Assembly (NCBI GenBank): GCA_965221775.1
Contig: CBDCSU010000006.1
Coordinates: forward strand, 448,001-512,000
Origin: Candidatus Latescibacterota bacterium
Lineage (GTDB): Bacteria > Latescibacterota > UBA2968 > UBA8231
Direction: 5' to 3'
Length of the DNA stretch: 64,000 nt
Shown: in pieces, positions 49,289-59,918 of the stretch
How positions within the stretch are numbered: the first letter of the stretch is position 1
Layout: each line of letters begins with the position of its first letter
The notes under the pieces: model-generated
The model's database searches: none
Seen by the model: only the letters and a program-made list of their open reading frames with translations
Told to the model about the DNA's origin: nothing
Made by a program: the position numbers and the translations under genes

Positions 49289-50673
49289 GCGGGCGGAACG
49301 GTTCCCGGGGCCTGAGCCGCCGCGCCGTCCTCAAGGGCGGCCTCTACGGCAGCCTCGCCGCGGGACTGGCGCCCTCCCTGCTGCTGGGCGGCTGCAGCCG
49401 CCGGAGCCGGCGGCCTCACGTCATCCTCATCACCCTCGACACGACCCGCGCCGACCACCTCTCCTGCTACGGCTATGCCCGGCACACGAGCCCCCATCTC
49501 GACCGGGTGGCGGCCGAGTCCGTCCTCTACGAGCGGGCGACCGCGCCGTCGAGCTGGACCCTGCCCTCCCACGCCGCCCTGTTCACCGGCAAGTTCACCG
49601 CCTCCCACGGCGCCCGCTACGACCCCGAGGGCCCCCTGCGCCTCGACCGCGCCATCGACGCGCCCGCCTCGTGGGAGGTCTTCCGGGCGCGCGGCCTGGC
49701 CCCGGATGAGACGACCTTGGCGCAGCTCCTGCGGCAGGCCGGGTACGCCACCGGCGCCGTCCTCGGCGGCCCCTGGATGAAGAAGATCTTCGGCCTCAAC
49801 AAGGGCTTCGACCACTACGACGACTCCTCCATCAGCTCGATCTCCGGCCGCCTGGCGCCGGAGATCACCCGCGGCGCCCTGCGCTGGCTCGATGGCCGGG
49901 AACAGGAGCCGCTCTTCCTCTTCCTCAACTACTACGACCCCCACAGCCCCTACATGCCGCCCGAGCGCTTCGCCTGGACCTTCGTGCCCTCGGGGCCCGA
50001 CCTGCGCGGCCGCAAGGTCACCCTCGAGGAACGGGTGGCCCTGTACGACGGCGAGATCCTCTACATGGACCGCTACATCGGCCGCCTCTTCAAGGAGTTG
50101 AAGGCCCGCGGCCTCTACGACAACGCCCTCATCCTGGTCACCGCCGACCACGGCGAGCTCCTCGGCGAGCACGGCCGCTTCGGCCACGGCAACTACCTCC
50201 ACCAGGAGGAGATCCACGTCCCCCTCTTCGTCAAGTACCCCGCCGGTGAGGTCGCGCCGGCGCGCACCGACGCCCCCATGCAGCTCGTCGACGTGATGGC
50301 CCTCCTCTTCGAGCGCCTGGAGCTGCCTCGGCCCGACGGCGTCCAGGCGGGGCTGCCCCCCGACATCGGGCACCCGGTGGCGGCGGAAGCCTACCCCCTG
50401 CCCGTGCTCAGCTCCGACGGCCACTGGCGGGCCCTGCTGGAGGGGCGCCGCAAGCTGCTCTGGAACAGCCTGGGGAACCACCAGCTCTTCGACCTGGAGA
50501 AGGACCCCGGGGAGAAGGAGAACCTCTTCGCTTCTCAGCCGCGGAGGGCGGAGGCGATGATGGGGCGGCTGAAGGGCTTTGTGGAGGGGCTGCCGGCGCC
50601 GGGTCCCGCGGGGCCGGGGGGGCGGGTCGACGAGGAGACGGGGAAGGCGCTGGAGAGTCTGGGGTATCTGTAG
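49285..50673 (+). CDS. Tat-exported sulfatase-family lipoprotein
   Basis: SRRAVLK twin-arginine, LGGC; ITLDTTRADHL, SSWTLPSHAALFTG, DPH, ADHGE, HVPL. Confidence 0.85.
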   Translation: MSGRNGSRGLSRRAVLKGGLYGSLAAGLAPSLLLGGCSRRSRRPHVILITLDTTRADHLSCYGYARHTSPHLDRVAAESVLYERATAPSSWTLPSHAALFTGKFTASHGARYDPEGPLRLDRAIDAPASWEVFRARGLAPDETTLAQLLRQAGYATGAVLGGPWMKKIFGLNKGFDHYDDSSISSISGRLAPEITRGALRWLDGREQEPLFLFLNYYDPHSPYMPPERFAWTFVPSGPDLRGRKVTLEERVALYDGEILYMDRYIGRLFKELKARGLYDNALILVTADHGELLGEHGRFGHGNYLHQEEIHVPLFVKYPAGEVAPARTDAPMQLVDVMALLFERLELPRPDGVQAGLPPDIGHPVAAEAYPLPVLSSDGHWRALLEGRRKLLWNSLGNHQLFDLEKDPGEKENLFASQPRRAEAMMGRLKGFVEGLPAPGPAGPGGRVDEETGKALESLGYL

Positions 50674-50699
50674 GTCCGGGCGGCAGCCGGCCCCTCCCG

Positions 50700-50728
50700 T
50701 TGACAACCGCCCCCGGCCGCCTTACCGT
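50700..50728 (+). promoter_or_regulatory. Sigma70-type promoter
   Basis: TTGACA-17 nt-TACCGT about 40 nt upstream of the lipoprotein gene. Confidence 0.5.
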
Positions 50729-50766
50729 GGGCGCAGGTCCTTCCCCCGCAAAAGGATGGGGTGATC

Positions 50767-51495
50767 ATGAGAACTCCCGTGCTCGGCTTTCTGCTGCTCT
50801 GCCTGGCCTCCGGCTGCGGCTACCACCACTACGCCGGCCCCCTGGAGCCCACCGGCGAGCAGGGCTCCTCCCTCGACGTGGCCGACGACGGCAGCGTCAC
50901 CTACGCCAAGGGCCGGCTGGAGGTGGTGATACGCCCCCTGAGCGCCGAGGAGCTCAACCGCCAGTTCGCCGCCCACTCGCGGGCGGGCGCCAAGTCGACC
51001 AACCCCTACACCTTCGGCGACACCGAGTTCTTCGTCGGCCGCAAGGACCGCCAGCGGTTCACCGTCTTCAACCTGTCGATCCGCAACTACGAGTACCCCA
51101 AGGTCCTCATCGAGCCGGAGCGGGTGCGGATGGTCGCCGGCAACGGGCGCCACTACTGGAGCCTGAACGTCGAGCAGCTGGAGAACTACTACCGGGTCTA
51201 CGCCGTCGGCTACCGGGGCAACGACTACAAGCGCTACCGGATGCGTATCGATGTGATGATGAACTCCATGGCGCAGCCGAAACCGGTCTTCAACGGCCAG
51301 GAGACGGAGGGCTTCGTCGTCTTCCCCGCCCTGCACGCCGACGTGAGCGAGGTGGAGGTCGTCATCGACGATGCCATGCTGCGCTTCGACTACCGCGACG
51401 AGCCGGTGGAGACGGTGGACATCTCCTACCGCTTCCGGCGCGACGTGGGCCGCCGCCATCACGACGGCAACATCGAGCTCACCGCCCTGAACTGA
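50767..51495 (+). CDS. Lipoprotein of unknown function
   Basis: Lipobox ASGC after a hydrophobic leader; strong GC3 codon bias. Confidence 0.7.
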   Translation: MRTPVLGFLLLCLASGCGYHHYAGPLEPTGEQGSSLDVADDGSVTYAKGRLEVVIRPLSAEELNRQFAAHSRAGAKSTNPYTFGDTEFFVGRKDRQRFTVFNLSIRNYEYPKVLIEPERVRMVAGNGRHYWSLNVEQLENYYRVYAVGYRGNDYKRYRMRIDVMMNSMAQPKPVFNGQETEGFVVFPALHADVSEVEVVIDDAMLRFDYRDEPVETVDISYRFRRDVGRRHHDGNIELTALN

Positions 51496-51511
51496 CCCCG
51501 GCGGGGCCCGC

Positions 51512-54418
51512 CTACAGCACGGGAACGACCTCGAGCCAGCTTCCGCCGCGCTCGGCGTTGGCCGACTCGATCGCCTCCTTCGACCCGAGGACGACCACCC
51601 GGCCGGTCTCGGCCAGCCCCTCCAGACGCTCTCCGAAATCGCGGAAGTCGGCCGCCGTCGTGGCCAGCACGGCGTCGCGAAGGCCCTGGCGGAAGTCGTC
51701 GTCCACCCCCGTCAGCTCGCGCACCATGGAGGTGTATCCCCGGGCGTCGGGGAGCTGGTACGCGTCCATCTCGCCGATGGCGCCGATGATCGCCTTGGCG
51801 CGCTCCTCCTCCGACAGGTCGAGGCCGCGCAGGAAGGCGGCGGCGCCGTCGTACACGCGGATCGTGTCGAGGAGGTTGGGGTCGCGGTAGGAGCCGAAGC
51901 CGAAGACGCCGGTGAAGGGGTCGAAGGAGCAGAACGCGCCGTAGGCCCCGCCCTGGACCCGCACCCGGTCCCACAGGTAGCTGTTGCGCAGGTACTTGGT
52001 GATCACCGCCACCGAGCCGCTCAGCTCGTAGCCCCGGGCGTAGAGGTCGCCGCCCTTGCCGACGTAGTTGACCTGCGCCGGCAGGGTCAGCCCTTCGTCG
52101 CCGGCGCCGTAGGCGGGCGACCACTCCTGCAGGTCCCCCCCGCGGGCCGGCAGGGACCCGGCGAGGCCGGCCAGGTGCGGCTCCACGGCGGCGCGGTCGG
52201 CGTCGGCCACGGTGGCGTTCATCAGCAGCGTGCCGCGGTCGACGAGGTGAGCCCGCACGGCCTCGAGCTGGTCCAGCACCGAGGGCCAGTCGCCGCGGAT
52301 GCGCTCCACCAGCCGGCGCAGGTAGAACAGGTAGCTCACGCCGTCCATCTGCTCGCTCACCCAGGAGGCCTCGTCGAACTGCGAGCACAGGCGCAGGGCG
52401 ACGACCGAGTGGCCCCCCGGGACCAGCCCCGCCTCCTCCCCCGCCTTCTCCTCCAGGGCCATCTGCAGCAGGCGGTCGCGGTTGTCGAGGCGCACCGTGG
52501 TGAGCACGTCGCGGACGATATCGACGAGGTCGCCGGCGCGCTCGACGGTGGACTTGCCGCGCACGAAGAACCGGGCCACGGCGCGGTCCCCGCGGCGCTG
52601 GCCGGTGACCAGGCTGTGGGCCGCGAGACCGCCCGTGCGCGCGCCGATGCGCTGCGACAGGCGCACGAAGTCCTCGGTCTCGGTGCCGACCTCGAGGAGG
52701 CAGCGCCCGAAGAGGGGCATCAGGGGGAGCAGCTCCTGGGGCACGGCGCGCAGGTCGAAGCCGACGTCGAGGTAGAGGATGCCGTTGGTGAACAGGTCGT
52801 GGTAGAGGACGGGGGCGCCCCCCGCCTCGGCGCGCTCCAGGGGGATGGCGGGCACCTGCCGGTCGAGGTCGGCCAGCTGCAGCCGCGGCAGCTTCGCCAG
52901 GTCGGCGGGATCGTCGGGCGCCTCCTGGCGGGCCTTCAGTTCCCGCGCCTCGGCGCGGACGCGCTCCAGGTCGGCCTCGTCCATCCGCTCCCGGACCGCC
53001 GCCAGGCGCGCCTTCTCCTCCCCCTCCTCGCGCTGCGCCTGGCCCGCGTCGGGCCGCAGGCGGACGGTGGTGCGGTGGGGGTTGTCCAGCAGACAGCCCT
53101 CGATCAGGCCTTCGAGCCAGCCCCCCTCCAGGGCCCGGTCCCGCACCGCCTTCAGGGGCGCGTCGAAGCTCAGGGGCTCGAAGGGATCGCCGTCGTAGAG
53201 CCAGGTCGTCAGCGACCGCAGCATGAGGATCAGCCCCCGCGGGTAGGAGCCGGTGTTGTTCTCGCGCAGGCGGAACTCGCAGGTGTTGAGCGACGCCCGC
53301 ACCGTCTCCCCGTCGAGGCCGTCGCGGGCCAGGCGGCCGAGGGTATCCGTCACCAGGGCCTCCACCTTCTCCTCGTCGGCGGCGGCGACCCCCTTCAGCC
53401 CGGCCGAGAAGATCGTCTCCTTCAGCTCCGTCTCCATGCCCGAGCCGGCCAGGTCCTCGCCGAGGCCGGAGTCGATGAGGGCCTTGCGCAGCGGCGAGGC
53501 GGGGGTGCCCAGGAGGACGTGGTCGAGGATCTCGAGGCCGAGGCGGCTCTCGAAGTCCGGCGCCGGCGGCAGCAGCCAGTTGACGGTGACGTAGTGCCGG
53601 CCGCCGTCGTCGCCGTCGCCGGCGGCGTAGGTGTGATCGCAGCGGCGGGGCGCGCTCCAGCGCGGCTGGCTGCCCACGGAGGAGTCCACCGCCCGGGGCT
53701 CGAACTCCGCCAGGTACTCCTCGAGGATCTCGAGGCGCCTCTCCGGCGGGTCGTCGCCGTAGAACCAGATGAAGGCGTTGCCGGGGTGGTAGAGGTCGCG
53801 GTGGAAGGCGGAGAAGCTCTCCCAAGTCAGGTCCGGGATGTGCCGCGGGTGGCCCCCCGACTCGACGCCGTACGTCGTGTCCGGGAACAGGCCCTGCTGG
53901 ATCGCCTCGCCCAGGACCCGCTCCGGCGAGGAGTAGGCGCCCTTCATCTCGTTGTAGACGACGCCGCTGAAGGCCAGCTCCCCCTCCTCGACCTCGTAGT
54001 GCCAGCCCTCCTGCTTGAGGACCTCCGGCGTCAGCCGCGGGTGGAAGACGGCGTCGAGGTAGACGTCGACGAGGTTGTGGAAGTCGCGCAGGTTCTGGCT
54101 GGCCACCGGGTAGCAGGTGCGGTCGGGATAGGTGAAGGCGTTGAGGAACGTCTTCAGCGACCCTTTGAGCAGCTCGACGAAGGGCTCCTTCACCGGGTAC
54201 TTGCGGGAGCCGCAGAGGACGCAGTGCTCGAGGATGTGGGCGATGCCGGTGGAGTCGGAGGGCGGCGTGCGGAAGGTGATGCCGAAGACCTTGTTGGCGT
54301 CGTCGCCGTTGACCACCGACATGAGCCGGGCCCCCGTGGGATGGCGGTACAGGGTCGCCTCCGAGCCCAGCTCGGGGATGCTCCGGCGGACCTCCGCTTC
54401 GAACCGATGCGCGCTCAT
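51512..54418 (-). CDS. M16C (presequence protease PreP-like) zinc metallopeptidase
   Basis: STGIAHILEHCVLCGSRKYPVKEPF, FLNAFTYPDRT, VYNEMKG, RVQGGAYG, SYRDPN. Confidence 0.93.
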   Translation of the reverse strand: MSAHRFEAEVRRSIPELGSEATLYRHPTGARLMSVVNGDDANKVFGITFRTPPSDSTGIAHILEHCVLCGSRKYPVKEPFVELLKGSLKTFLNAFTYPDRTCYPVASQNLRDFHNLVDVYLDAVFHPRLTPEVLKQEGWHYEVEEGELAFSGVVYNEMKGAYSSPERVLGEAIQQGLFPDTTYGVESGGHPRHIPDLTWESFSAFHRDLYHPGNAFIWFYGDDPPERRLEILEEYLAEFEPRAVDSSVGSQPRWSAPRRCDHTYAAGDGDDGGRHYVTVNWLLPPAPDFESRLGLEILDHVLLGTPASPLRKALIDSGLGEDLAGSGMETELKETIFSAGLKGVAAADEEKVEALVTDTLGRLARDGLDGETVRASLNTCEFRLRENNTGSYPRGLILMLRSLTTWLYDGDPFEPLSFDAPLKAVRDRALEGGWLEGLIEGCLLDNPHRTTVRLRPDAGQAQREEGEEKARLAAVRERMDEADLERVRAEARELKARQEAPDDPADLAKLPRLQLADLDRQVPAIPLERAEAGGAPVLYHDLFTNGILYLDVGFDLRAVPQELLPLMPLFGRCLLEVGTETEDFVRLSQRIGARTGGLAAHSLVTGQRRGDRAVARFFVRGKSTVERAGDLVDIVRDVLTTVRLDNRDRLLQMALEEKAGEEAGLVPGGHSVVALRLCSQFDEASWVSEQMDGVSYLFYLRRLVERIRGDWPSVLDQLEAVRAHLVDRGTLLMNATVADADRAAVEPHLAGLAGSLPARGGDLQEWSPAYGAGDEGLTLPAQVNYVGKGGDLYARGYELSGSVAVITKYLRNSYLWDRVRVQGGAYGAFCSFDPFTGVFGFGSYRDPNLLDTIRVYDGAAAFLRGLDLSEEERAKAIIGAIGEMDAYQLPDARGYTSMVRELTGVDDDFRQGLRDAVLATTAADFRDFGERLEGLAETGRVVVLGSKEAIESANAERGGSWLEVVPVL

Positions 54419-55263
54419 GACAGCCCCCAGACCTCGGCCGCGGTGCCCCCGAGGATGCGGTCCCGCTGGGCGGCGGTGAGGAAGTCGAAGCCCTCGCGCA
54501 CGAGGCGCAGCTCCTCGCCCAGGGAGAGCCAGCCGTGGCGGGTGCGGTGATGGCCGGGGTAGCCGGTGCCCCAGAGGCAGCGCTCGGCGCCGTAGGCGTC
54601 GACCAGGGCGCGCACGTAGGGGTGGGTGTCGGCGAAGGGGAACTCCTTGGAGATCGATCTCCCCTTCACGTCGGAGATCTTGACGAACAGGTTGGGCAGC
54701 TTCGCCAGGGCCGTGATCGGCTCCCAGGGCTCGGGCCCGTCCTCGAGGCGCGGGTAGCCCATGTGGTCGATGAGGAGCTTCATGGGCGGATGGCGGCGGG
54801 CGATCTCGGCGATCTGGCCGGCGAAGGGCGGGCTCGTGTGGAACTGGATCACCGCGCCGCGGGCGGCCAGGACCTCCCACATGGCGCGGTTGCCGGCAGT
54901 GGTGAGGACCTCCTCCTCCGGGTAGTACATGGGGTGGAAGCGGAACCCCGCCAGGCCGCGCTCCTCCATCCAGTAGCGGGCGGTCTCGGCGTTGGCGGCC
55001 TCGTCCCGGGGGTCGATCAGCCCGTGGCCGATGAAGCGCTCCGGGAAGCGCGCCGTCGAGTCGGCGATGTAGCCGTTGTCCCAGGTCGACCACGAGGTCT
55101 GCACCAGCACCGAGCGGTCGACGCCGTTGGCGTCCATCTCCTCGAGCAGCTCGTCGGCGGTGCCGGGCTCGTCCGGCTCCGAGGTCCAGTTCGGCGCCGT
55201 GGGCCCCACGGGATACCGCGGCGGATCGATCTCCCAGACGTGCACGTGCGTGTCGACGATCAA
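54415..55263 (-). CDS. Amidohydrolase_2 family protein
   Basis: IVDTHVHVW, GFRFHP, IDHMG, VKIS, LWGTGYP. Confidence 0.85.
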   Translation of the reverse strand: MIVDTHVHVWEIDPPRYPVGPTAPNWTSEPDEPGTADELLEEMDANGVDRSVLVQTSWSTWDNGYIADSTARFPERFIGHGLIDPRDEAANAETARYWMEERGLAGFRFHPMYYPEEEVLTTAGNRAMWEVLAARGAVIQFHTSPPFAGQIAEIARRHPPMKLLIDHMGYPRLEDGPEPWEPITALAKLPNLFVKISDVKGRSISKEFPFADTHPYVRALVDAYGAERCLWGTGYPGHHRTRHGWLSLGEELRLVREGFDFLTAAQRDRILGGTAAEVWGLS

Positions 55264-55309
55264 GTCGGTCTCTCCCCGGCCGCTGGCGCGGCCCCAGGTC
55301 TTGTGGGAC

Positions 55310-56497
55310 TCACCATCCCTGTCCCGGCACCGGCGGCAGCGAGATCTTGCCGAGGACGGCGTCGGCCTTGGCCCCGGTGGCGGCGCGCACGTTGCCGGCG
55401 CGCCCCATGAGGGTCTCGTTGGCCAGGACCGCGAAGGCCAGGGCCTCCTTGGCGTCGGCGGGCACGCCGAGGCGGTCGATGGCCCCCAGCTCGCGCGGTG
55501 CCAGGGCTTCCTCGAGGAGGCCCATGAGGTGGGTGTTGCGCACCCCGCCGCCGCCGACCCAGACCTCCTCCAGGGCGCCCTCGGGATCGGCGAAGCGGTC
55601 GACGCCGGCGGCGATGGCGCGGGCCGTGAAGGCGGTCAGCGTCGCCACCAGGTCCGCCGGCCCGAGCTGCGCCTGGCGCATGACCTCGGCCAGGTACAGG
55701 GTGCCGAACTCCTCGCGGCCCGTCGACTTCGGGGGCGGCCGGCGGAAGAACTCGTGCTTCATCAGCCGCTCCACCCAGTCCTCGTCCACGGTCCCCGCCG
55801 CCGCCCGCCGGCCGCCGTCGTCGAAGCGCTCGGCGCCGCCGGTGAGGTGCATGACGGCGCCGTCCACGAGGGCGTTGCCCGGCCCCAGATCGAAGGCGAG
55901 GACCCCCTGCTCGCGGCGGGCCCCCGGAGGCAGGGCGGTGACGTTGGCGATGCCGCCGATGTTGAGCAGCAGCCGGCCGCGGTCCGGGTGGCTGAAGAGC
56001 AGCACGTCCACCAGCGGCACCAGGGGCGCCCCCTCGCCCTCGGCGGCCATGTCGGCGGGCCGGAAGTCGCTCACCACCGGGATCCCCGTGTGCCGGGCGA
56101 CGACGGCGGCCTCGCCGATCTGCAGGGTCGAGGGCGGGTCGGACTTGGGCAGGTGGCGCACCGTCTGGCCGTGGCTGCCCACGAGGTCGATCGCCGCCGG
56201 CTCGAGGTTGGCCGCCTCGGCCACCTGGAGGGTGGCATCGGCCAGGGCGGCGCCGAGGGCGAAGTTCACCCGGCACAGGTCCTCCACCAGGGCGTCGGGC
56301 TGGAACAGCAGGAACAGGTCCGCCTGCAGCGCCTCCGGCAGGGGGTGCGTCAGGTGGGCGAGGATCTCGAACTCCGTGCTCTCGCCCCAGCCCTCGATCT
56401 CGGCGAGGACGGCGTCGATGCCGTCGGCGGAGGTGCCCGTCATCAGTCCCACGACGCGGCGCGACTCCCTGGAGGCGCTCTCGATCAGACGCTGCAC
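55310..56497 (-). CDS. anmK: Anhydro-N-acetylmuramic acid kinase
   Basis: GLMTGTSADGID, GSHGQTVRH, DFRPADMAAEGEGAPLVP, NIGGIANVT, FDLGPGN, PKSTGRE, KEALAFA. Confidence 0.92.
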   Translation of the reverse strand: MQRLIESASRESRRVVGLMTGTSADGIDAVLAEIEGWGESTEFEILAHLTHPLPEALQADLFLLFQPDALVEDLCRVNFALGAALADATLQVAEAANLEPAAIDLVGSHGQTVRHLPKSDPPSTLQIGEAAVVARHTGIPVVSDFRPADMAAEGEGAPLVPLVDVLLFSHPDRGRLLLNIGGIANVTALPPGARREQGVLAFDLGPGNALVDGAVMHLTGGAERFDDGGRRAAAGTVDEDWVERLMKHEFFRRPPPKSTGREEFGTLYLAEVMRQAQLGPADLVATLTAFTARAIAAGVDRFADPEGALEEVWVGGGGVRNTHLMGLLEEALAPRELGAIDRLGVPADAKEALAFAVLANETLMGRAGNVRAATGAKADAVLGKISLPPVPGQGW

Positions 56498-57903
56498 GGC
56501 TTCTCCTTGTCGGCCACCATCACCAGGCCGAAGAGGGTCCCGAAGAGGAGGGCGAAACGGCCGTTCATCATCGAGCCGTCGCTGAGGCCGAGGAGCCCCA
56601 TGGCCGTCAGCGTGGCGACGCAGCCGGCGGCGAAGGCGCGGGTGGGGGGATCGGCGCCGCGGCACAGGCGCAGGGCCCGCCGGCCCACGTGCAGGCACAG
56701 CCACGGGAACAGCAGCAACCCGGCGATCCCCATCTTCAGCCACAAGGTCAGGTAGAGGCTGTCCACGGTCCACGCCTTCCAGGTCTCGAAACGGCCCGCA
56801 TCCGGGTTGAAGGACCAGGCCGTGAAGGTCGCCCCCTGGCCGCCGCCGAGGAAGGGGTGCTCGAGGATCTCCTCCCAGGCGCTGGCGTAGCCGAGGAAGC
56901 GGCCCACCACCTGCACGTCGCGGGTCACGTCGAGGAAGGTGCGGGAGCGCTCGACGGCGTGGGCCGACAGGGCGGCGCCGGTGAGGCGCTGGAAGGCGAG
57001 GGCGGTCAGGACCAGGGCGGCGACCACGCCCGCCGCCAGCAGGGCCGCCTTCCAGGCGCGGCGCCGGGCCGCCGGCTGGGACCGGTGCCAGAGCCAGACC
57101 GTGACCAGCAGGCCGAGGCCGAAGGCGGCCCACATGCCGCGGCCGAGGGTGATGGCGAAGCCGAGGCCGATGAACAGGAACAGGGCGAGCAGCAGCGGCC
57201 GGCCCCAGCGGCGCGGGTCGTGGACGAACCCGTTGGCCAGCAGCAGCATGGCCACGGGCAGCACGATCCCCTGGCGGCGGCTGACGCGCACGAAGCTCTC
57301 CCCGGCGGCGGGGTCGACGGCGCCCAGGAACTCCAGCAGGTACTCGGCGCTCACCACGACGCCGGCGAGCACCACCAGGGGCGAGAAGAGCCGGGCGCCA
57401 TCGCCGGGGCGAGCCGCGCACAGCACCAGGAAGAACACGCCGTAGTACAGGGGGTAGCGCAGGTTGCGCAGGACCGCCTCGTTGCCGTGCCAGAAGCCGA
57501 CCGCCCCGGAGAGCAGGGCCAGCAGCAGGAAGGCGGCCACCAGGCCGTCGGCGCTGGTGCGCCGCAGCCGCCAGCGGTCGAAGGCGGCCAGGTCGACGAG
57601 GGCGAAGAGCACCCCCGCCAGCAGGATGATCTCCCAGGGCCGCAGCCCCAGGGGCAGCCGCGTGGCGTCCAGGAGGTGGACCGGGAGCGCCGCGGTGGCC
57701 ACCAGCAGCACCGCCAGCGTCCGCCGCGGCGAGAACAGGACCAGGGCCGCCGCGGCCAGTGCTCCGGCGGCGAGGACCACGTGCAGCGCCGTGCCCAGCA
57801 GCAGCAGGGGCCCCGCCGTGGCCAGCACCGCCACGGCCGCCGCCGCGGCCACCAGACGGCCGTTGTCCGGGGTCACCCGCCAGGGGCTGGAGATCGCATT
57901 CAT
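56485..57903 (-). CDS. O-antigen ligase/Wzy-like membrane protein
   Basis: About 12 TMs, TLGRGMW, GR..Y..AWEEILEHPFLGGGQG, DSLYLTLWLKMG. Confidence 0.7.
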   Translation of the reverse strand: MNAISSPWRVTPDNGRLVAAAAAVAVLATAGPLLLLGTALHVVLAAGALAAAALVLFSPRRTLAVLLVATAALPVHLLDATRLPLGLRPWEIILLAGVLFALVDLAAFDRWRLRRTSADGLVAAFLLLALLSGAVGFWHGNEAVLRNLRYPLYYGVFFLVLCAARPGDGARLFSPLVVLAGVVVSAEYLLEFLGAVDPAAGESFVRVSRRQGIVLPVAMLLLANGFVHDPRRWGRPLLLALFLFIGLGFAITLGRGMWAAFGLGLLVTVWLWHRSQPAARRRAWKAALLAAGVVAALVLTALAFQRLTGAALSAHAVERSRTFLDVTRDVQVVGRFLGYASAWEEILEHPFLGGGQGATFTAWSFNPDAGRFETWKAWTVDSLYLTLWLKMGIAGLLLFPWLCLHVGRRALRLCRGADPPTRAFAAGCVATLTAMGLLGLSDGSMMNGRFALLFGTLFGLVMVADKEKPCSV

Positions 57904-57992
57904 CTCAGGCACCGCTCGCCTGGGGCTTCTGCGCCACCAGGCGGCCGTTGTCGGGGGCCACCCGCCACGGGCCCGAGACCGCCGCCGTCATC

Positions 57993-58691
57993 TCAGGCCC
58001 CGCCGCACGGCGCCGGCTTGCGCGCCACCAGCAGGTGGTTCCAGGCGTCGCTCTCGACGCGGTGGATCCCGTCGAGGACCAGGCACGCCACCTGCACCAG
58101 CGCCATCAGCGGCCGCGTGAGCGGGTAGAGGCGGATCCTCTCCAGGCGCCGCAGGTAGTGGACGAAGCGCGCTCCCGCCGTGACCCAGTACCCGGCCAGG
58201 GCGTTCACCTCCACGACACGAAGGCCCGCGGCCTCGCCGAGGTGGCGCAGCCCGAAGGGGGTGAACCGGTAGTAGTCGCGGGGCTCCTCGTGGAGGCCCC
58301 AGATGTGGGGCGCCGTCAGCACCAGGGCACCGCCGGGGCGCAGGACGCGGGCGATCTCGTCCAGCAGGCGCCGCGGCCGCGGCACGTGCTCCAGCACCTG
58401 AAGGCAGAGGACGGTGTCGAAGGTAGAGTCGCGGAAGGGCAGGTCGAGGCCGCTGGCCCAGGCCTCCGGCAGCCGCCGGGGACCGCCCCCGGCGGACGGT
58501 CCGTAGCGCTGCCGGTCCGGGTCGACGCCGAAGGAGCGCTCGCTGTGCCGGTCCAGCAGCCCGGCGAAGGGCCGGGCGCCGCAGCCGACGTCGAGGAGCC
58601 GCCCGCCGGCGTGGGCCGCGACGGCGGCGGTCACGTGGCGGGCGTGGATGCGGTGGACCAGCCAGTTGACGTGGAAGGGCGTGAGGGGCAC
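57993..58691 (-). CDS. Class I SAM-dependent methyltransferase
   Basis: LLDVGCG, LPFRDSTFDTV, VLEHV, RVLRPGG, HEEPRDYYRFT. Confidence 0.85.
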   Translation of the reverse strand: MPLTPFHVNWLVHRIHARHVTAAVAAHAGGRLLDVGCGARPFAGLLDRHSERSFGVDPDRQRYGPSAGGGPRRLPEAWASGLDLPFRDSTFDTVLCLQVLEHVPRPRRLLDEIARVLRPGGALVLTAPHIWGLHEEPRDYYRFTPFGLRHLGEAAGLRVVEVNALAGYWVTAGARFVHYLRRLERIRLYPLTRPLMALVQVACLVLDGIHRVESDAWNHLLVARKPAPCGGA

Positions 58692-58707
58692 GACCGGCGC
58701 GCGGGCG

Positions 58708-59820
58708 CTACAGCCGGTCGCGCGCGGTGTGGGGATAGTAGTCGACCACGGCGCCCTCGCCGTCGATGACGTAGCAGCCGGGGAAGCGGATCGCCGTGGG
58801 GCAGACGTGGCCGGGCACGGCCAGCAGGTAGTCGCCGATCTCGGGCAGGCGGCCCTCGGGCAGCTCGAAGACGGCGTGTTCCTCGTTCTGGAGGAGGAGG
58901 CGGGCGTCCTTGCGGCCCAGCAGCCAGGCGCGGCGCTCCAGGGCGGGATCGGCGGCGACCGCCTTGTTCCCCGCGTCGGTGGTGATCGTCAACTGGTCGG
59001 GATAGCGGTCGACGACCTGGCACAGCACCAGCGCCGCCCAGCGGAAGGGCTGGCCGGGCTTGCCCAGGGCGCCGTTGATGTCCCAGTAGGTCACCGTCCC
59101 CGGCGAGCCGTGGAAGCCCTCGGTGCGCGCGTAGTACTCGTAGGAGTAGGAGCCGCCGCCCACGACCCGCTCCACCGGCATGCCGGCGCCCTCCAGCTGT
59201 TCCTTGAGGGCCTGCAGGTCGCGGATGTGGGCCATGGCCGCCGCCTCCCGCCCCGAGGGGTCCTGGAAGTGCTCGTGGCCGTCGTAGATGTGCAGGCCCG
59301 CCGCCTCCAGCCACTCCTCGCCGTGGATCGCGGCGTAGAGGTCGGGCACCCCCTTCGGCGCCACGCCGGTGCGCCGCATGCCCGCGTCGACGTCGACCAT
59401 GACCCGCAGCTTGCGCTCGCGAGCTTCGCCGGCCTCGGCCAGGCGGCTCACGTGGATGGGGGCGCTCACCGTGGCGTAGACGCGCTGCTCCGGGTGACCG
59501 GCGGTGATCCCGGCGAAGCGCCGGGTCTTGATCGACTGCACGAGGGGATACGCCAGGACCGCCTCAGGGGCCCCGGCGTCGAGGACCATCTCCAGCTCCT
59601 TGAGGGTGGCGCACTTGAAGCCGGCGACGCCGGCGGCCAGCTGCTTGCGGACGATCGCCTCCGACTTGTGGGTCTTGACGTGCATCATCAGGTTGGCGGC
59701 GCCGCCGACCTGCTCGCAGAGGGCGGCCAGATTCTGGTCGACGAGGTCCTCGAAGACGACCATGGCCGGCGTCTCCAGGCCGTCCGGGTCGGCGATGCGG
59801 TAGGGCTCGTGCTCGATCAT
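58708..59820 (-). CDS. D-threonine aldolase/D-serine deaminase-like PLP enzyme (fold type III)
   Basis: LETPA, HVKTHK, KCAT, RTGV, YDGH, DAGNKA, NEEH, HVCPT. Confidence 0.88.
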   Translation of the reverse strand: MIEHEPYRIADPDGLETPAMVVFEDLVDQNLAALCEQVGGAANLMMHVKTHKSEAIVRKQLAAGVAGFKCATLKELEMVLDAGAPEAVLAYPLVQSIKTRRFAGITAGHPEQRVYATVSAPIHVSRLAEAGEARERKLRVMVDVDAGMRRTGVAPKGVPDLYAAIHGEEWLEAAGLHIYDGHEHFQDPSGREAAAMAHIRDLQALKEQLEGAGMPVERVVGGGSYSYEYYARTEGFHGSPGTVTYWDINGALGKPGQPFRWAALVLCQVVDRYPDQLTITTDAGNKAVAADPALERRAWLLGRKDARLLLQNEEHAVFELPEGRLPEIGDYLLAVPGHVCPTAIRFPGCYVIDGEGAVVDYYPHTARDRL

Positions 59821-59918
59821 CCTCGGGGGCGGCTTCCTTCGGGGGCTGGGCGTAACTGGCGGAAGCGTTTGAAGATAGGAGCCCTCGCCGAGGGCTTCAA
59901 CGAAGGCGAAAGCAACCC